Of a stretch of 64,000 nucleotides of DNA, positions 39,760-49,028 are shown in pieces. Under the pieces are notes generated by a model. The model had not been told where the DNA came from. It made no database searches and saw only the letters and a program-made list of their open reading frames with translations. The stretch covers positions 20,947 through 84,946 of the forward strand of contig CAYMZG010000002.1 in the NCBI GenBank assembly GCA_964394925.1, read 5' to 3'. The first letter of the stretch is position 1. Every line of letters begins with the position of its first letter. The position numbers were made by a program, and so were the translations under genes. The DNA comes from an uncultured Candidatus Saccharibacteria bacterium (GTDB lineage: Bacteria; Patescibacteriota; Saccharimonadia; Saccharimonadales; CAYLGV01).

Positions 39760-40563
39760 TTACAGATCCTCCGCAAAGTGTGGCGCACTACGTTTGAAGT
39801 ATAGAACACCAATAAGTACGAGAACGAGGGTTATGCCGTAAGGAATGAGCCGAGCATAGTGATTACCAAAAAGGCTATCTATGGTAACGGTGGAGTGTGA
39901 GACTAGGCAATAACGCGCATCTTGTACTGCGGTGGCAACCGGGTTCAATATTAAGATCTTCTGGTACTGAACGTTGGTTATTTTTGAGATTGGATAGATG
40001 ATTGGGGTGGCGTAAAAACCAGCCTGCATGATGACCTCCCAAATGTAGCTCATGTCACGGTATTTCACGAACATGGTTGCCAAAATAAGAGATAGGCCAA
40101 GTGCTAGTAGGTAGAGCTGGAGTAGTATGAATGGAAATAACACAACTGATCGCATAAGATCTACATGATTAATAACCATGAATATAGCGATCACGAGAAG
40201 TGTTAAGCCAAGGTTAATTAGAGCCGACACACTACTAGAAATAACAATCATCCAACGCGGAATACGAATCTTGCGAATAAGATCGCCACGCCCCACAATC
40301 GATCCAAGGCTCTGGCTGGTCATTTCGGCAAAGAAGTTCCACATCACCAGCCCAAGTAATAGGTAAACGGGAAAATGCGGGATTTCGGTGCCAAGTTTCA
40401 GAAACTTCACAAAGACAATGTACAGAATTACAAAGAGCAGGAGTGGTCGCAACAAAGACCATGTATAGCCCAAAACCGACCCCTGGTACCTTAACTTGAA
40501 GTCAGTCCTCACCAACTCGGCCAAAAGCGCCCTATTCTGTTTTGAAAACAACTTTTTCATCAT
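39760..40563 (-). CDS. ABC-2 type polysaccharide exporter permease (Wzm-like)
   Basis: 267 aa, 6 TM; paired with the Wzt-like ATPase. Confidence 0.8.
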   Translation of the reverse strand: MMKKLFSKQNRALLAELVRTDFKLRYQGSVLGYTWSLLRPLLLFVILYIVFVKFLKLGTEIPHFPVYLLLGLVMWNFFAEMTSQSLGSIVGRGDLIRKIRIPRWMIVISSSVSALINLGLTLLVIAIFMVINHVDLMRSVVLFPFILLQLYLLALGLSLILATMFVKYRDMSYIWEVIMQAGFYATPIIYPISKITNVQYQKILILNPVATAVQDARYCLVSHSTVTIDSLFGNHYARLIPYGITLVLVLIGVLYFKRSAPHFAEDL

Positions 40564-40602
40564 AAATCGCTAGCTATGTATTATAAGATAGGTAGGACTG
40601 TT

Positions 40603-41577
40603 ATGAAAAAGATATTTGTTGTAATTCCCAACTGGAACGGCGCCGATATGATCGCCGAGTGCCTGGAGTCTCTCGAGAAACAGACCTGCAAGCACGAAGT
40701 TATAGTGGTAGATAACGGCTCAGTTGATGAGTCGGTTTCCATTATCGAAGCCCAATTCCCCGATGTTCACCTTATACGATTGCCCGAAAACACTGGCTTT
40801 AGTGGTGGTGTAAATACTGGCATTGCCTACGCGCTCGAGCAAAAGGCAGATGCTATCGCACTCTTTAATAACGACGCTGTGGCTGAAAAAGATTGGCTCA
40901 AGCACCTCGTAGAAACCATGGAAACCCAGCCCGAAGCCGGCATCGTTGCCTGTAAGCTCCTTCGTGACGACAAGAAACACTTCGATAGCACGGGTGACTT
41001 CTACACCATTTACGGGATGCCATTCCCTCGTGGCCGTAACCAGCTCGACAAAGGGCAGTACGACAAGCTCGAGGAAGTCTTTGGCGCTAGTGGTGGCGCT
41101 AGCTTGTACCGTGCCGAAATGTTTAACCAAATAGGTATTTTTGACCAAGCTTTCTTCGCCTATTATGAAGATGTGGACATAAGTTTCCGCGCTCAACTAG
41201 CTGGCTGGAAGATCTTCTATAACCCCAAAGCTCGTGTATATCATCACGTTTCGGCCACCAGTTCAAAACTTGGTTCATTTACCCGCTACCACGCCACCAA
41301 GAACTTCTATCTGTTATATGCCAAGAATATGCCTCGCAAGCTGTATTGGAAATACGCGCTGCGATTCGCCTTTTTGGCAGTCTTTCTTGCAGGCTCATCG
41401 ATGCTACGTGGTGGATTCTGGGCCTACCTAAGAGGCACCTGCAAGGCTTTTTGGCTCACACCGCACATCATTCGAGAACGTCGTCGCATTCAGCGTGAGC
41501 GCACGGTTTCAATAGCGTATATAGATTCGATCTTGGTTAAAGAGCGACCGCCACGGATTCCGCCCGTTTCTTCTTAG
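40603..41577 (+). CDS. Glycosyltransferase family 2 (rhamnosyltransferase-like)
   Basis: Start at the internal Met (MKKIFVVIPNWNG); 'VIVVDNGSVDES', 'LFNNDAV' GT-A motifs; C-terminal membrane-associated segment. Confidence 0.75.
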   Translation: MKKIFVVIPNWNGADMIAECLESLEKQTCKHEVIVVDNGSVDESVSIIEAQFPDVHLIRLPENTGFSGGVNTGIAYALEQKADAIALFNNDAVAEKDWLKHLVETMETQPEAGIVACKLLRDDKKHFDSTGDFYTIYGMPFPRGRNQLDKGQYDKLEEVFGASGGASLYRAEMFNQIGIFDQAFFAYYEDVDISFRAQLAGWKIFYNPKARVYHHVSATSSKLGSFTRYHATKNFYLLYAKNMPRKLYWKYALRFAFLAVFLAGSSMLRGGFWAYLRGTCKAFWLTPHIIRERRRIQRERTVSIAYIDSILVKERPPRIPPVSS

Positions 41578-42964
41578 TCGTTCTTGCCTTGGAAGTCGTG
41601 GTGGTGGTTTTACTTGGCTTTTTGCCTGTCGTCTTAGCAACCACCAAAGGCGCTCCCACCGCCAACCCCGCCAACAACCACCACTGACCAGCCACTGCCT
41701 CATTGCTCCACGTATGGAGCAATATATTACACACCACATAACCCCAGAAACTAGCTAGTAGCACGGCGGACAGAACCCCGCGGCGCCGTAGTAACGCTCT
41801 ATATACCAACACGTTTACTGCTAAGAAAATCAGCAAGCCGACTACCCCTACCTCATAGCCAACCTGAATGTAGTAGTTCTCGGTCAAAAAGCCATGGTCA
41901 GGGTGCTGAATCGACACCAAGCCAGCCGTGCCGGGTCCGTGACCCAATGGCTGACGATACATGCCCTTGAGCCCCTCACGGGCATACAACCAATGGTACG
42001 AATTAGAGTCGTGCTGCGACTTAGCCGCCGTACTTTCATCGCTATGCACTAAAATATTCTGTACCGCGTATTGCCCCTTATACATGAGTGCCACACTACC
42101 AACCAGCAGCACCGTACCCAACAACGGAGGCCAATACTTCGAAAGCCACGGCATAAACTTAGCGCGCAGCGCATACACGCCAAGGACCGTCACCGACACC
42201 ACAGCCCCCAGCCAAGCGCTCCGCGAAAATGTCAAAAACAGCGTGAGCCCATGCAAAAACAGCAAGCCGCCAATGAACTGTCGCTTCTCGCGGGCCACGG
42301 TTACAAGCTTATAAAACAATATGGTTGTGGGTACGATTAGGTACGCGCCCAGAGAATTAGGGTCACGAAGTGTGCTCATAATCCGTGGCAGATTCGGCTT
42401 GTCGTCTATAAAGAACATGGGCTTTACGCCGCGGGCCACCGAGTAGCCAAAATGTTCCAGTAGATCTTTCGGCAAAAAATACTGCAAGATACCAAAGGCG
42501 CACACTACCGTACTCACAAATACCACGAACCGCATCACGTTATTCTCGCTCATCTTGGGCCACAGCAACCGCACACCCATACCAAACACCAAGAACCACA
42601 GCAAGCGGTTGTTATACACACTCCCTAGAAGTGCCGAATCCTTATATATACCCGGGTTCAATGCCCATACCAAAAAGTGAAAAGCTGCGTAGGCAATTGC
42701 CAGCCCCACGAACCAGTTAAACTCCCGCGAAGATTTGCGTTTGATCCACACCAAAAGCACAGTCAAAGTAACCAATAGCAGCGCCAAGACATCTTTCAAG
42801 CCCTTCAAAACTGCCAAGCCACCCGTGTACAGACTCAGCCACTGCACAATAAATACGTGGAAGGGCATGTAGGCGAGCAGCAGGTAAAAACCCTGCTTTG
42901 GTAATTCTTCTATCCGTTCTTGGATGGTCATTGTATATAATTGTACCTGACTATGACAAAACAC
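41537..42964 (-). CDS. O-antigen ligase / polymerase-family (Wzy_C-like) membrane protein
   Basis: 475 aa, about 10-12 TM with a large external loop containing 'LTFSRSAWLGAVVSV'; Lys/Thr-rich C-terminal tail. Confidence 0.5.
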   Translation of the reverse strand: MFCHSQVQLYTMTIQERIEELPKQGFYLLLAYMPFHVFIVQWLSLYTGGLAVLKGLKDVLALLLVTLTVLLVWIKRKSSREFNWFVGLAIAYAAFHFLVWALNPGIYKDSALLGSVYNNRLLWFLVFGMGVRLLWPKMSENNVMRFVVFVSTVVCAFGILQYFLPKDLLEHFGYSVARGVKPMFFIDDKPNLPRIMSTLRDPNSLGAYLIVPTTILFYKLVTVAREKRQFIGGLLFLHGLTLFLTFSRSAWLGAVVSVTVLGVYALRAKFMPWLSKYWPPLLGTVLLVGSVALMYKGQYAVQNILVHSDESTAAKSQHDSNSYHWLYAREGLKGMYRQPLGHGPGTAGLVSIQHPDHGFLTENYYIQVGYEVGVVGLLIFLAVNVLVYRALLRRRGVLSAVLLASFWGYVVCNILLHTWSNEAVAGQWWLLAGLAVGAPLVVAKTTGKKPSKTTTTTSKARTTKKKRAESVAVAL

Positions 42965-44059
42965 ATCGTAATTGACGCCCGAATCCGGCCCGCCAGCACC
43001 GGCCGCCCGATCGCTCGCCTCTTGGAATACCTACAACAACTCGACACCATAAATACCTATACGGTCTTACTAAAGCCCGGCGACCCATGGCAGCCCAAGG
43101 CAAGTAATTTTAAAACCGCCGTTTGCCCGTTCCCGAACTTTTCGTTTAATCCCTTACAGCAGATCAAGCTGGCGCATCAGTTCAAAAAGCTCAAGCCAGA
43201 CTTGGTATTTTTTGGTATGACTGGTTTTCAACCCCTGTTTTATAAAGGCAACCAAGTAACGCTCACCCACGACCTCACCATGTATGATTTTGTGCGAGCC
43301 GGCCACCTACCGGGCTTAGTGCACTGGGCACGCATGAAAGGCTATCGCCTGCTCATGTGGACTGCTCACAAGCGAGCCAAACTAATCATTACCCCCACCG
43401 GTTATGTGCGCGATGCCCTCATTAAGTTCCACCCGTTTACCAAGGGTAAGGTGACTGTAGCCTATGAAGCGAGTGAGCCGCCGCTCGAATTTAACGGTGA
43501 ACAGCCCGAAGGGGTCACTGAGCCGTTTATTTTCCACGTTGGTAGTCCGTTTCCTCACAAGAACCTGGAACGTCTTATCCAGGCCTTTGAGATTGTGCAT
43601 CAGCACCAGCCCGACTTACAGCTGGTGTTGGCAGGTAAGCGCGAATATTACTTCAATCAGCTGCAAAAACAGATCGATGCCAGTCCAGCACGCGACAAAA
43701 TTCACGTAACTGGCTTTGTTTCCGACGAAGGTCTGAAATGGCTCTACGAACACGCACGTGCTTACGTATTGCCGAGCCTGAGCGAGGGCTTTGGCCTGCC
43801 TGGCCTCGAGGCCATGGCGCACGGCTGCCCGCTCGTTAGTAGCAACGCCACGTGTTTACCCGAAGTATATGGCGGTGCAGCAGTCTACTTTAACCCCGAA
43901 GATATTCAAGACATGGCTGGCAAGATCAGCACGGTTATTACCGACGACGAGATCCGTCGCTCGCTGGTTGAGTTCGGTAACGAACGCATCACGCATTACT
44001 CATGGCGCAACATGAGTAAAGAGATGCTGGCTGTGTTTAAGCAAGCGCTTGGTGAATAG
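42941..44059 (+). CDS. Glycosyltransferase family 4 (GT-B, group 1)
   Basis: 372 aa; 'LPSLSEGFGLPGLEAMAHGCPLVSSNATCLPEVYGGAAVYFNPED' EX7E motif. Confidence 0.85.
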   Translation: MYLTMTKHIVIDARIRPASTGRPIARLLEYLQQLDTINTYTVLLKPGDPWQPKASNFKTAVCPFPNFSFNPLQQIKLAHQFKKLKPDLVFFGMTGFQPLFYKGNQVTLTHDLTMYDFVRAGHLPGLVHWARMKGYRLLMWTAHKRAKLIITPTGYVRDALIKFHPFTKGKVTVAYEASEPPLEFNGEQPEGVTEPFIFHVGSPFPHKNLERLIQAFEIVHQHQPDLQLVLAGKREYYFNQLQKQIDASPARDKIHVTGFVSDEGLKWLYEHARAYVLPSLSEGFGLPGLEAMAHGCPLVSSNATCLPEVYGGAAVYFNPEDIQDMAGKISTVITDDEIRRSLVEFGNERITHYSWRNMSKEMLAVFKQALGE

Positions 44060-44073
44060 ATAATCTCTTTAAT

Positions 44074-44763
44074 TTAGGCAGTTGGAGGCGTGCCACCAGG
44101 CTGCCCATCGGTTGGACCAGGTGCTGGTGTTGTTGGTGGCATTGGGTTAGCTACGGGTTGTACCGGCTGTGGGGACACTGGTTGTGCAGGCGGCACCGGT
44201 TGTGCGGGGACGGGCGCAACACCGGGTTGAGGTGCTATTGGAGTGGCTACAGGCCCAGGAGCTGGCTGCCCGGGTATTGGACCGACAGCCCCAGGAACAG
44301 TCCCTGCTGGTTGTGGGCCAGCAGCAGCTGGCACCCCAGCACCAACGTGCGTGACCTTATTAACCATAAACACCGCTACAAACGGGAACAGTATGTAGCA
44401 GACCCAGAATCCGGTCGTAGCATTGTATTGTTTTATAAAACCCACTAGCAGTAGTATGCCGATTATCATTGAGAATATGCCGGTATATGTACCTACGGTT
44501 GGTATAGAACCAATAATAGACAAGGCTACCGCCGCCCACACCATCCACATGGGCTTCTTGGAAATCATGCCAAATACATATGTACTATAAATTGGTACTA
44601 TCGCTTCCCAGCCACCATAACCGGCCTTTTTAAACATCTTCCACTGCACGATTATGAATGGAATTACATAAGCGAGTACGAGAACGATGACAATTATCGC
44701 AATTGTTAAGGCTACTGAGCCTGAAACATTGCCTGTTCTAGTTGTTGTAGTTGTATATTGCAC
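44074..44763 (-). CDS. Small polytopic membrane protein (DUF5684-like) with Pro-rich C-terminal tail
   Basis: 229 aa; 'WKMFKKAGYGGWEAIVPIYSTYVF' block; 3-4 TM; C-terminal 80 aa is repetitive 'P.QPV...PAP' low complexity. Confidence 0.4.
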   Translation of the reverse strand: MQYTTTTTRTGNVSGSVALTIAIIVIVLVLAYVIPFIIVQWKMFKKAGYGGWEAIVPIYSTYVFGMISKKPMWMVWAAVALSIIGSIPTVGTYTGIFSMIIGILLLVGFIKQYNATTGFWVCYILFPFVAVFMVNKVTHVGAGVPAAAGPQPAGTVPGAVGPIPGQPAPGPVATPIAPQPGVAPVPAQPVPPAQPVSPQPVQPVANPMPPTTPAPGPTDGQPGGTPPTA

Positions 44764-44964
44764 TGTTAAGAACCTTTCTGAGTGTTTCCTTAGCTAAATT
44801 CTACGCTAAATGGTTGTGCTTTAGCAATGAGGACTTAACGTTTCTAGCACCCATCTATTAACAGAACATGAATTAATTATGAGGTATCTGTTAAAACAAG
44901 CGCTCATGCTTGCTGTTTGAATTTCACACCTGTTATCGTGGCCCTGGTTACAAAAAGGTGAGGT

Positions 44965-47814
44965 ATGCACACAGTTAGTCGGTCCACAATACATCGTCGT
45001 ACATTTGCTTGCTTGCTCCTATTAGTCGTGGTTTGTTCTTCACTCTTCCCTAGGACCGGCTACACAGCGGCTACCTCACCTTGGCTAACCCCAGATCCAA
45101 CCCTAACAAAATTAGGAACAATTGATAGTAATGCCCCTCTAACAGCAGACATTGTTGGCAACCAAGATTGCCAACCCGCCGAAATTATCACCCGCCCCGA
45201 GCGCACCATCCCACCCCAAAGCAAACAAAGTCACGATAGTTGCCTTGTAGACACTGGCTTTGGCGCCCTGTCGGCAAGTGGTTATTTGCAACGGCAAGGC
45301 AGTGATGCTTTTGGCTATCTACGATCATCGGTTGGCAATCAGGCTATTGTTGGCATTCCGCGCACCAACAATGCCCTGGCAACACTAGCTTCTTCTACTC
45401 ATGGTACCTATGTCGGCTTCTATGACAACCTGCGTAGTCTTGTTTCTAGCACTACATTTAGTGATATGGTCACGCACACAATGCCGAATAACCCCTCGGC
45501 CGCTCTAAGCGACCACACCGGCAACAAACTGGGTGTTGAGTTATCGTCGTTAAGTTTTTCGAGCGAAGGTGACTGGGCGGTTGTCGAAGCGCCGGGGGTT
45601 GCCATGCTTCGCATAAACACTGCGTCCCATTTGGTACTCCCTTTTTCTGAAGCACCATTGCTCGACAACACTGGACTAGCCTATCGTACGGCTATAAATG
45701 CCGACGGAAGATATGCAATTGTCATCTCTAAAACGCGTTCGCTCATGAAACTGTATGATCTATCAACATGTGCAGCAATTCCCGACACTATAGCTGGCCC
45801 TGTAAGTTGTACAGCCGTCGATCTGCTGCCATTCATCAAGACCAAGATCACCAACTATACGAGTGTCGCAAGCGTTCGATTTCGCGGCGACTACACCCTT
45901 GAGCTATACATAAATACATCAGCAGCCACCATTGAACACGTCCTTATTACCGCTTCAGGGCAATCCGCTGCTCGCTTTGAATACTTGGCACTGGGGGATT
46001 CGTTTGCCTCGGGCGAGGGTGCCTACCAATATAAATCAGCAACCGATACAACCGCCAATGGTTGCCATCTATCCCTGCGCTCATATCCCTATTTGATCGC
46101 CAAACAACTGAGCCTAGACCAGACGGAATCAGTGGCATGTTCTGGCGCCACCACAAACGACCTTATCAATGGTGTGGCCGACTATCGCTTATATCATTCA
46201 CAGGCCAAAGGTAAGGAATCGGAAGCCTTTGACGAGGCAATCTTGCGTGACTTTTTGCCTGGGTATCGTGCTCAAAAGCTATTTGCTAATAGGTATCGCC
46301 CGCGGGTATTAACGGTCATGATTGGCGGTAATGATGTGGGCTTTTCAGATATCCTGCAACGTTGTCTTGGACCCGACACTTGTTACAGCCACTACGAGGA
46401 TCGTCTTGAGTTGTTAAATGAGGTGAGTGCACAGTTTAATTCGTTGGCGGGTACCTTTTCTGAAATAAAACATGCCGCGCCAGATTCTGAGCGTATTTAT
46501 GTGCTTGCCTATCCCCAGATTGCAGATGCATTTGGAAACTGCGCGCTTAATGTTCACCTAAATTATGATGAACTTGTTTTGGCGGGCACATTGGTAAGTC
46601 ATTTGAATAGCATCATCAAAGGCGCTGCTGAACATGCTGGAGTCACCTTCCTTAACACAGAGGATGCTTTGCATGGTCATCGCTTGTGCGAGACAACCGC
46701 GAACAGTATTGCGGTCAACGGACTAACTATTGGTAACGATATTTTGAACCTCCCGTACGCTCATGGTCCGATCGCGAAGGAAAGTTATCACCCAAATAGC
46801 CTTGGTCATGAACTTATGAAAAGTAATATATTGTCGCTCGCGAGTAATTTTTCGGTCTTAAACAAAGCTCCAAACCCCTCAATTAAAGCCAAGCAACCCG
46901 ACACAACAAGCGATGCGCTGAAAGTTCCCAAGTCAAATCGAGCGATTAGAAAAGTCATTCACCAAAAAAGCAATAACCCAGCGCCAGCCAAGAAGAAGAC
47001 AAAACGGATTGCGACAACCAAAGGCGTAGCTAGCATCTTCAGATCAGGTAAACAGCCACGTGTTTTATTGGATGGTCAAGGAGAACCAATTGGAACAGTC
47101 ACCTCAAACCCCGATGATTCGATAACGGTTGAGTTCACCCCTACAGACGAAACCCCTGATGGCCCCCATACCGTAGACATAGTTGGCGAGAACACTAGTG
47201 GCGAGCCGATTGCCGTCACCGAAACGGTTGTGGTTGGTGATTCCCAGGGGCCGTGCGGAGCTTTTGCGCCCAGCAATACCGATGTCGATCACGATGGCAT
47301 CGATGACGCCTGCGACCCATTAATTGGCACGGGTAGTATGGCTTCGTCGGATCAACTGGTTGTTGTGAACACCGGGGGCACGGGTGGTACAGGGACCACA
47401 GTAACTACAGGAGCCCCGGGAACCGCAGAATCAAGCATTCCTACTACACAAACACCGACCACGAGCCTCGTTACCACAACCGATAGCGTAGCCACACCGA
47501 GCACTCCAAATTTGATCATCCAAGGTTCACGGACCATAGCCATCCCAATTAATCCAACAGCCTTAACGGTTAGCAAGCCCAAGAATAGCACCGTTGCACA
47601 AGTCACACAGCCAGCTACTAACGGGCTCGTGAAGGGTCGGCAGACCACAGCCAACAGTCACAATACATCCAGGCCAGGAATCACACCACCCGCCTCGGCA
47701 TATAAAAACCCACCAAAGCTTGATGTATTGAAGCCGTGCAGTCTGTTTTTGCTTATAACTATTTGTTTGGTTGTGATGTTCGTAATCTATAAACGAAGAA
47801 AGGACCGCCGATGA
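44965..47814 (+). CDS. Cell-surface SGNH/GDSL-family hydrolase (949 aa) with signal peptide, Thr-rich stalk and C-terminal TM anchor
   Basis: Signal peptide 'LLLLVVVCSSLFP'; SGNH block I 'YLALGDSFASGEGA', later 'MIGGNDVG' and 'SYHPNSLGH'; 'DVDHDGIDDACDP' Ca-binding-like motif; C-terminal 'LFLLITICLVVMFVIYKRRKDRR'. Confidence 0.6.
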   Translation: MHTVSRSTIHRRTFACLLLLVVVCSSLFPRTGYTAATSPWLTPDPTLTKLGTIDSNAPLTADIVGNQDCQPAEIITRPERTIPPQSKQSHDSCLVDTGFGALSASGYLQRQGSDAFGYLRSSVGNQAIVGIPRTNNALATLASSTHGTYVGFYDNLRSLVSSTTFSDMVTHTMPNNPSAALSDHTGNKLGVELSSLSFSSEGDWAVVEAPGVAMLRINTASHLVLPFSEAPLLDNTGLAYRTAINADGRYAIVISKTRSLMKLYDLSTCAAIPDTIAGPVSCTAVDLLPFIKTKITNYTSVASVRFRGDYTLELYINTSAATIEHVLITASGQSAARFEYLALGDSFASGEGAYQYKSATDTTANGCHLSLRSYPYLIAKQLSLDQTESVACSGATTNDLINGVADYRLYHSQAKGKESEAFDEAILRDFLPGYRAQKLFANRYRPRVLTVMIGGNDVGFSDILQRCLGPDTCYSHYEDRLELLNEVSAQFNSLAGTFSEIKHAAPDSERIYVLAYPQIADAFGNCALNVHLNYDELVLAGTLVSHLNSIIKGAAEHAGVTFLNTEDALHGHRLCETTANSIAVNGLTIGNDILNLPYAHGPIAKESYHPNSLGHELMKSNILSLASNFSVLNKAPNPSIKAKQPDTTSDALKVPKSNRAIRKVIHQKSNNPAPAKKKTKRIATTKGVASIFRSGKQPRVLLDGQGEPIGTVTSNPDDSITVEFTPTDETPDGPHTVDIVGENTSGEPIAVTETVVVGDSQGPCGAFAPSNTDVDHDGIDDACDPLIGTGSMASSDQLVVVNTGGTGGTGTTVTTGAPGTAESSIPTTQTPTTSLVTTTDSVATPSTPNLIIQGSRTIAIPINPTALTVSKPKNSTVAQVTQPATNGLVKGRQTTANSHNTSRPGITPPASAYKNPPKLDVLKPCSLFLLITICLVVMFVIYKRRKDRR

Positions 47815-48455
47815 CAACCTCAATTACCACTAACAATAAAACCCGAGACATCGTCTCAATAAACACTAATCCACTTGTAGAAACAGATGTATATTTGCAC
47901 ATTAAACTGCGCGGCTTTAATGATCAACCATTGTTCTTCGAGCCGGCAGACTATCACTATTTTGAGTTCTTGTTGCAGCATAATTTAACGGATCACATTA
48001 CTGAGATGGAACGTTTTGGGGGCATCTACCCTGATTTTCATAATGATATTGAGCTGCTGTGTTTTAGCCTGCTTGAGACACGATTGTATTTGCTGGTTCA
48101 TCAGAAGACTACTTTACGCACCAAGGATTTTTTACAATCCTTGCTCACCAGATACGCCCGCTATTACCGAATGAAATATGAGCGCATGGGCCCGGTATTT
48201 GATCCGAGTCAGCGTGTTGCTCCAATTCGCTCGCAGCGAGACTTTGATTTTGTTAGTCGCGGCATTCATTTAAGTCCGCCGAGGTGGCAACGATATCGTT
48301 ATTCTAGCTTGCGGTACTACTTAGACGAAACGAGCCCACCGTGGCTCAAGGTTAATCGGCTACTTGGAGCCTTTACTTCCCCTTTAGCCTACTTGGCGTT
48401 CCTAAAGAACTATGAACACTATCAGGAAAACCTGAGGAATGATCCATTGGGCTGA
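47811..48455 (+). CDS. IS200/RAYT-like (Y1 transposase fold) protein with degenerate HuH motif, possibly domesticated
   Basis: 214 aa; 'YLHIKLRGFNDQPLF', 'DYHYFEFLLQ', 'ELLCFSLLETRLYLLVHQ', 'RYARYYRMKYERMG', 'SPPRWQRYRYSSLRYY' align block-by-block with REP-associated tyrosine transposases, but HxH reads RLY. Confidence 0.45.
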   Translation: MTTSITTNNKTRDIVSINTNPLVETDVYLHIKLRGFNDQPLFFEPADYHYFEFLLQHNLTDHITEMERFGGIYPDFHNDIELLCFSLLETRLYLLVHQKTTLRTKDFLQSLLTRYARYYRMKYERMGPVFDPSQRVAPIRSQRDFDFVSRGIHLSPPRWQRYRYSSLRYYLDETSPPWLKVNRLLGAFTSPLAYLAFLKNYEHYQENLRNDPLG

Positions 48456-48491
48456 CAGGCTAAACAGTTTACAACTTTTTCGTGAAGGTTA

Positions 48492-49028
48492 TTACGCTTC
48501 AGTGTCGGCAGAATCGTCTTCAGATTCAGGTTTAGTGACAGTGTCAGCGCTCGGCTTGTCGGCCTTTGTAGTTGCCCCCGGCTTCAATATGATGTGCCTG
48601 TCGCGGCCTTCGCCAACCGATTCGGTGATAAGCCCCGCGTCGTTAGCCTCTTTGTGCACAATGCGCCGATCAGCAGCATTCATGGGTCGTAGCTCCATTG
48701 GTTCGCCGGTTTCAGCTACTTTTTTGATCCACGCAGCAGCTTTATCTGCCACGCGACCGGCCCGAGCCTTCTTATAATCGGCTATATCAACGTTTACACG
48801 AGTATATTCATAGCCTTGATTCTTCAGCGCATTACTAATAATGAACTGGAGGGAACGCATGGTGTCACCGTGTTGGCCAATCAAAAAGCCGTTCATAGAG
48901 GTGCTTGGCACATTGAGTTCAATTACCTCATGATCTTCGGTTGTTGCGTATACGTCGGTGTTAAGACCAAAGAAAGACAGCATGTCTTCTAGGTATTTCT
49001 TGGCATATAAGATTGCTTCATCCATCAC
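48492..49028 (-). CDS. jag: Jag/KhpB RNA-binding protein (KH + R3H domains)
   Basis: 178 aa; R3H block 'ELRPMNAADRRIVHKEANDAGLITESVGEGRDRHIIL'; immediately downstream of yidC with a 4-nt overlap. Confidence 0.8.
   Translation of the reverse strand: MMDEAILYAKKYLEDMLSFFGLNTDVYATTEDHEVIELNVPSTSMNGFLIGQHGDTMRSLQFIISNALKNQGYEYTRVNVDIADYKKARAGRVADKAAAWIKKVAETGEPMELRPMNAADRRIVHKEANDAGLITESVGEGRDRHIILKPGATTKADKPSADTVTKPESEDDSADTEA

Noticed and set aside
40720-41196. 158-aa minus-strand ORF
   Set aside because: It is antisense inside the GT2 gene at 40603-41577.
41537-41739. 76-aa Trp/Arg-rich minus-strand ORF
   Set aside because: It is an alternative frame of the Lys/Thr-rich tail region of the O-antigen-ligase-like gene and the end of the GT2 gene; it is compositionally biased and unsupported.
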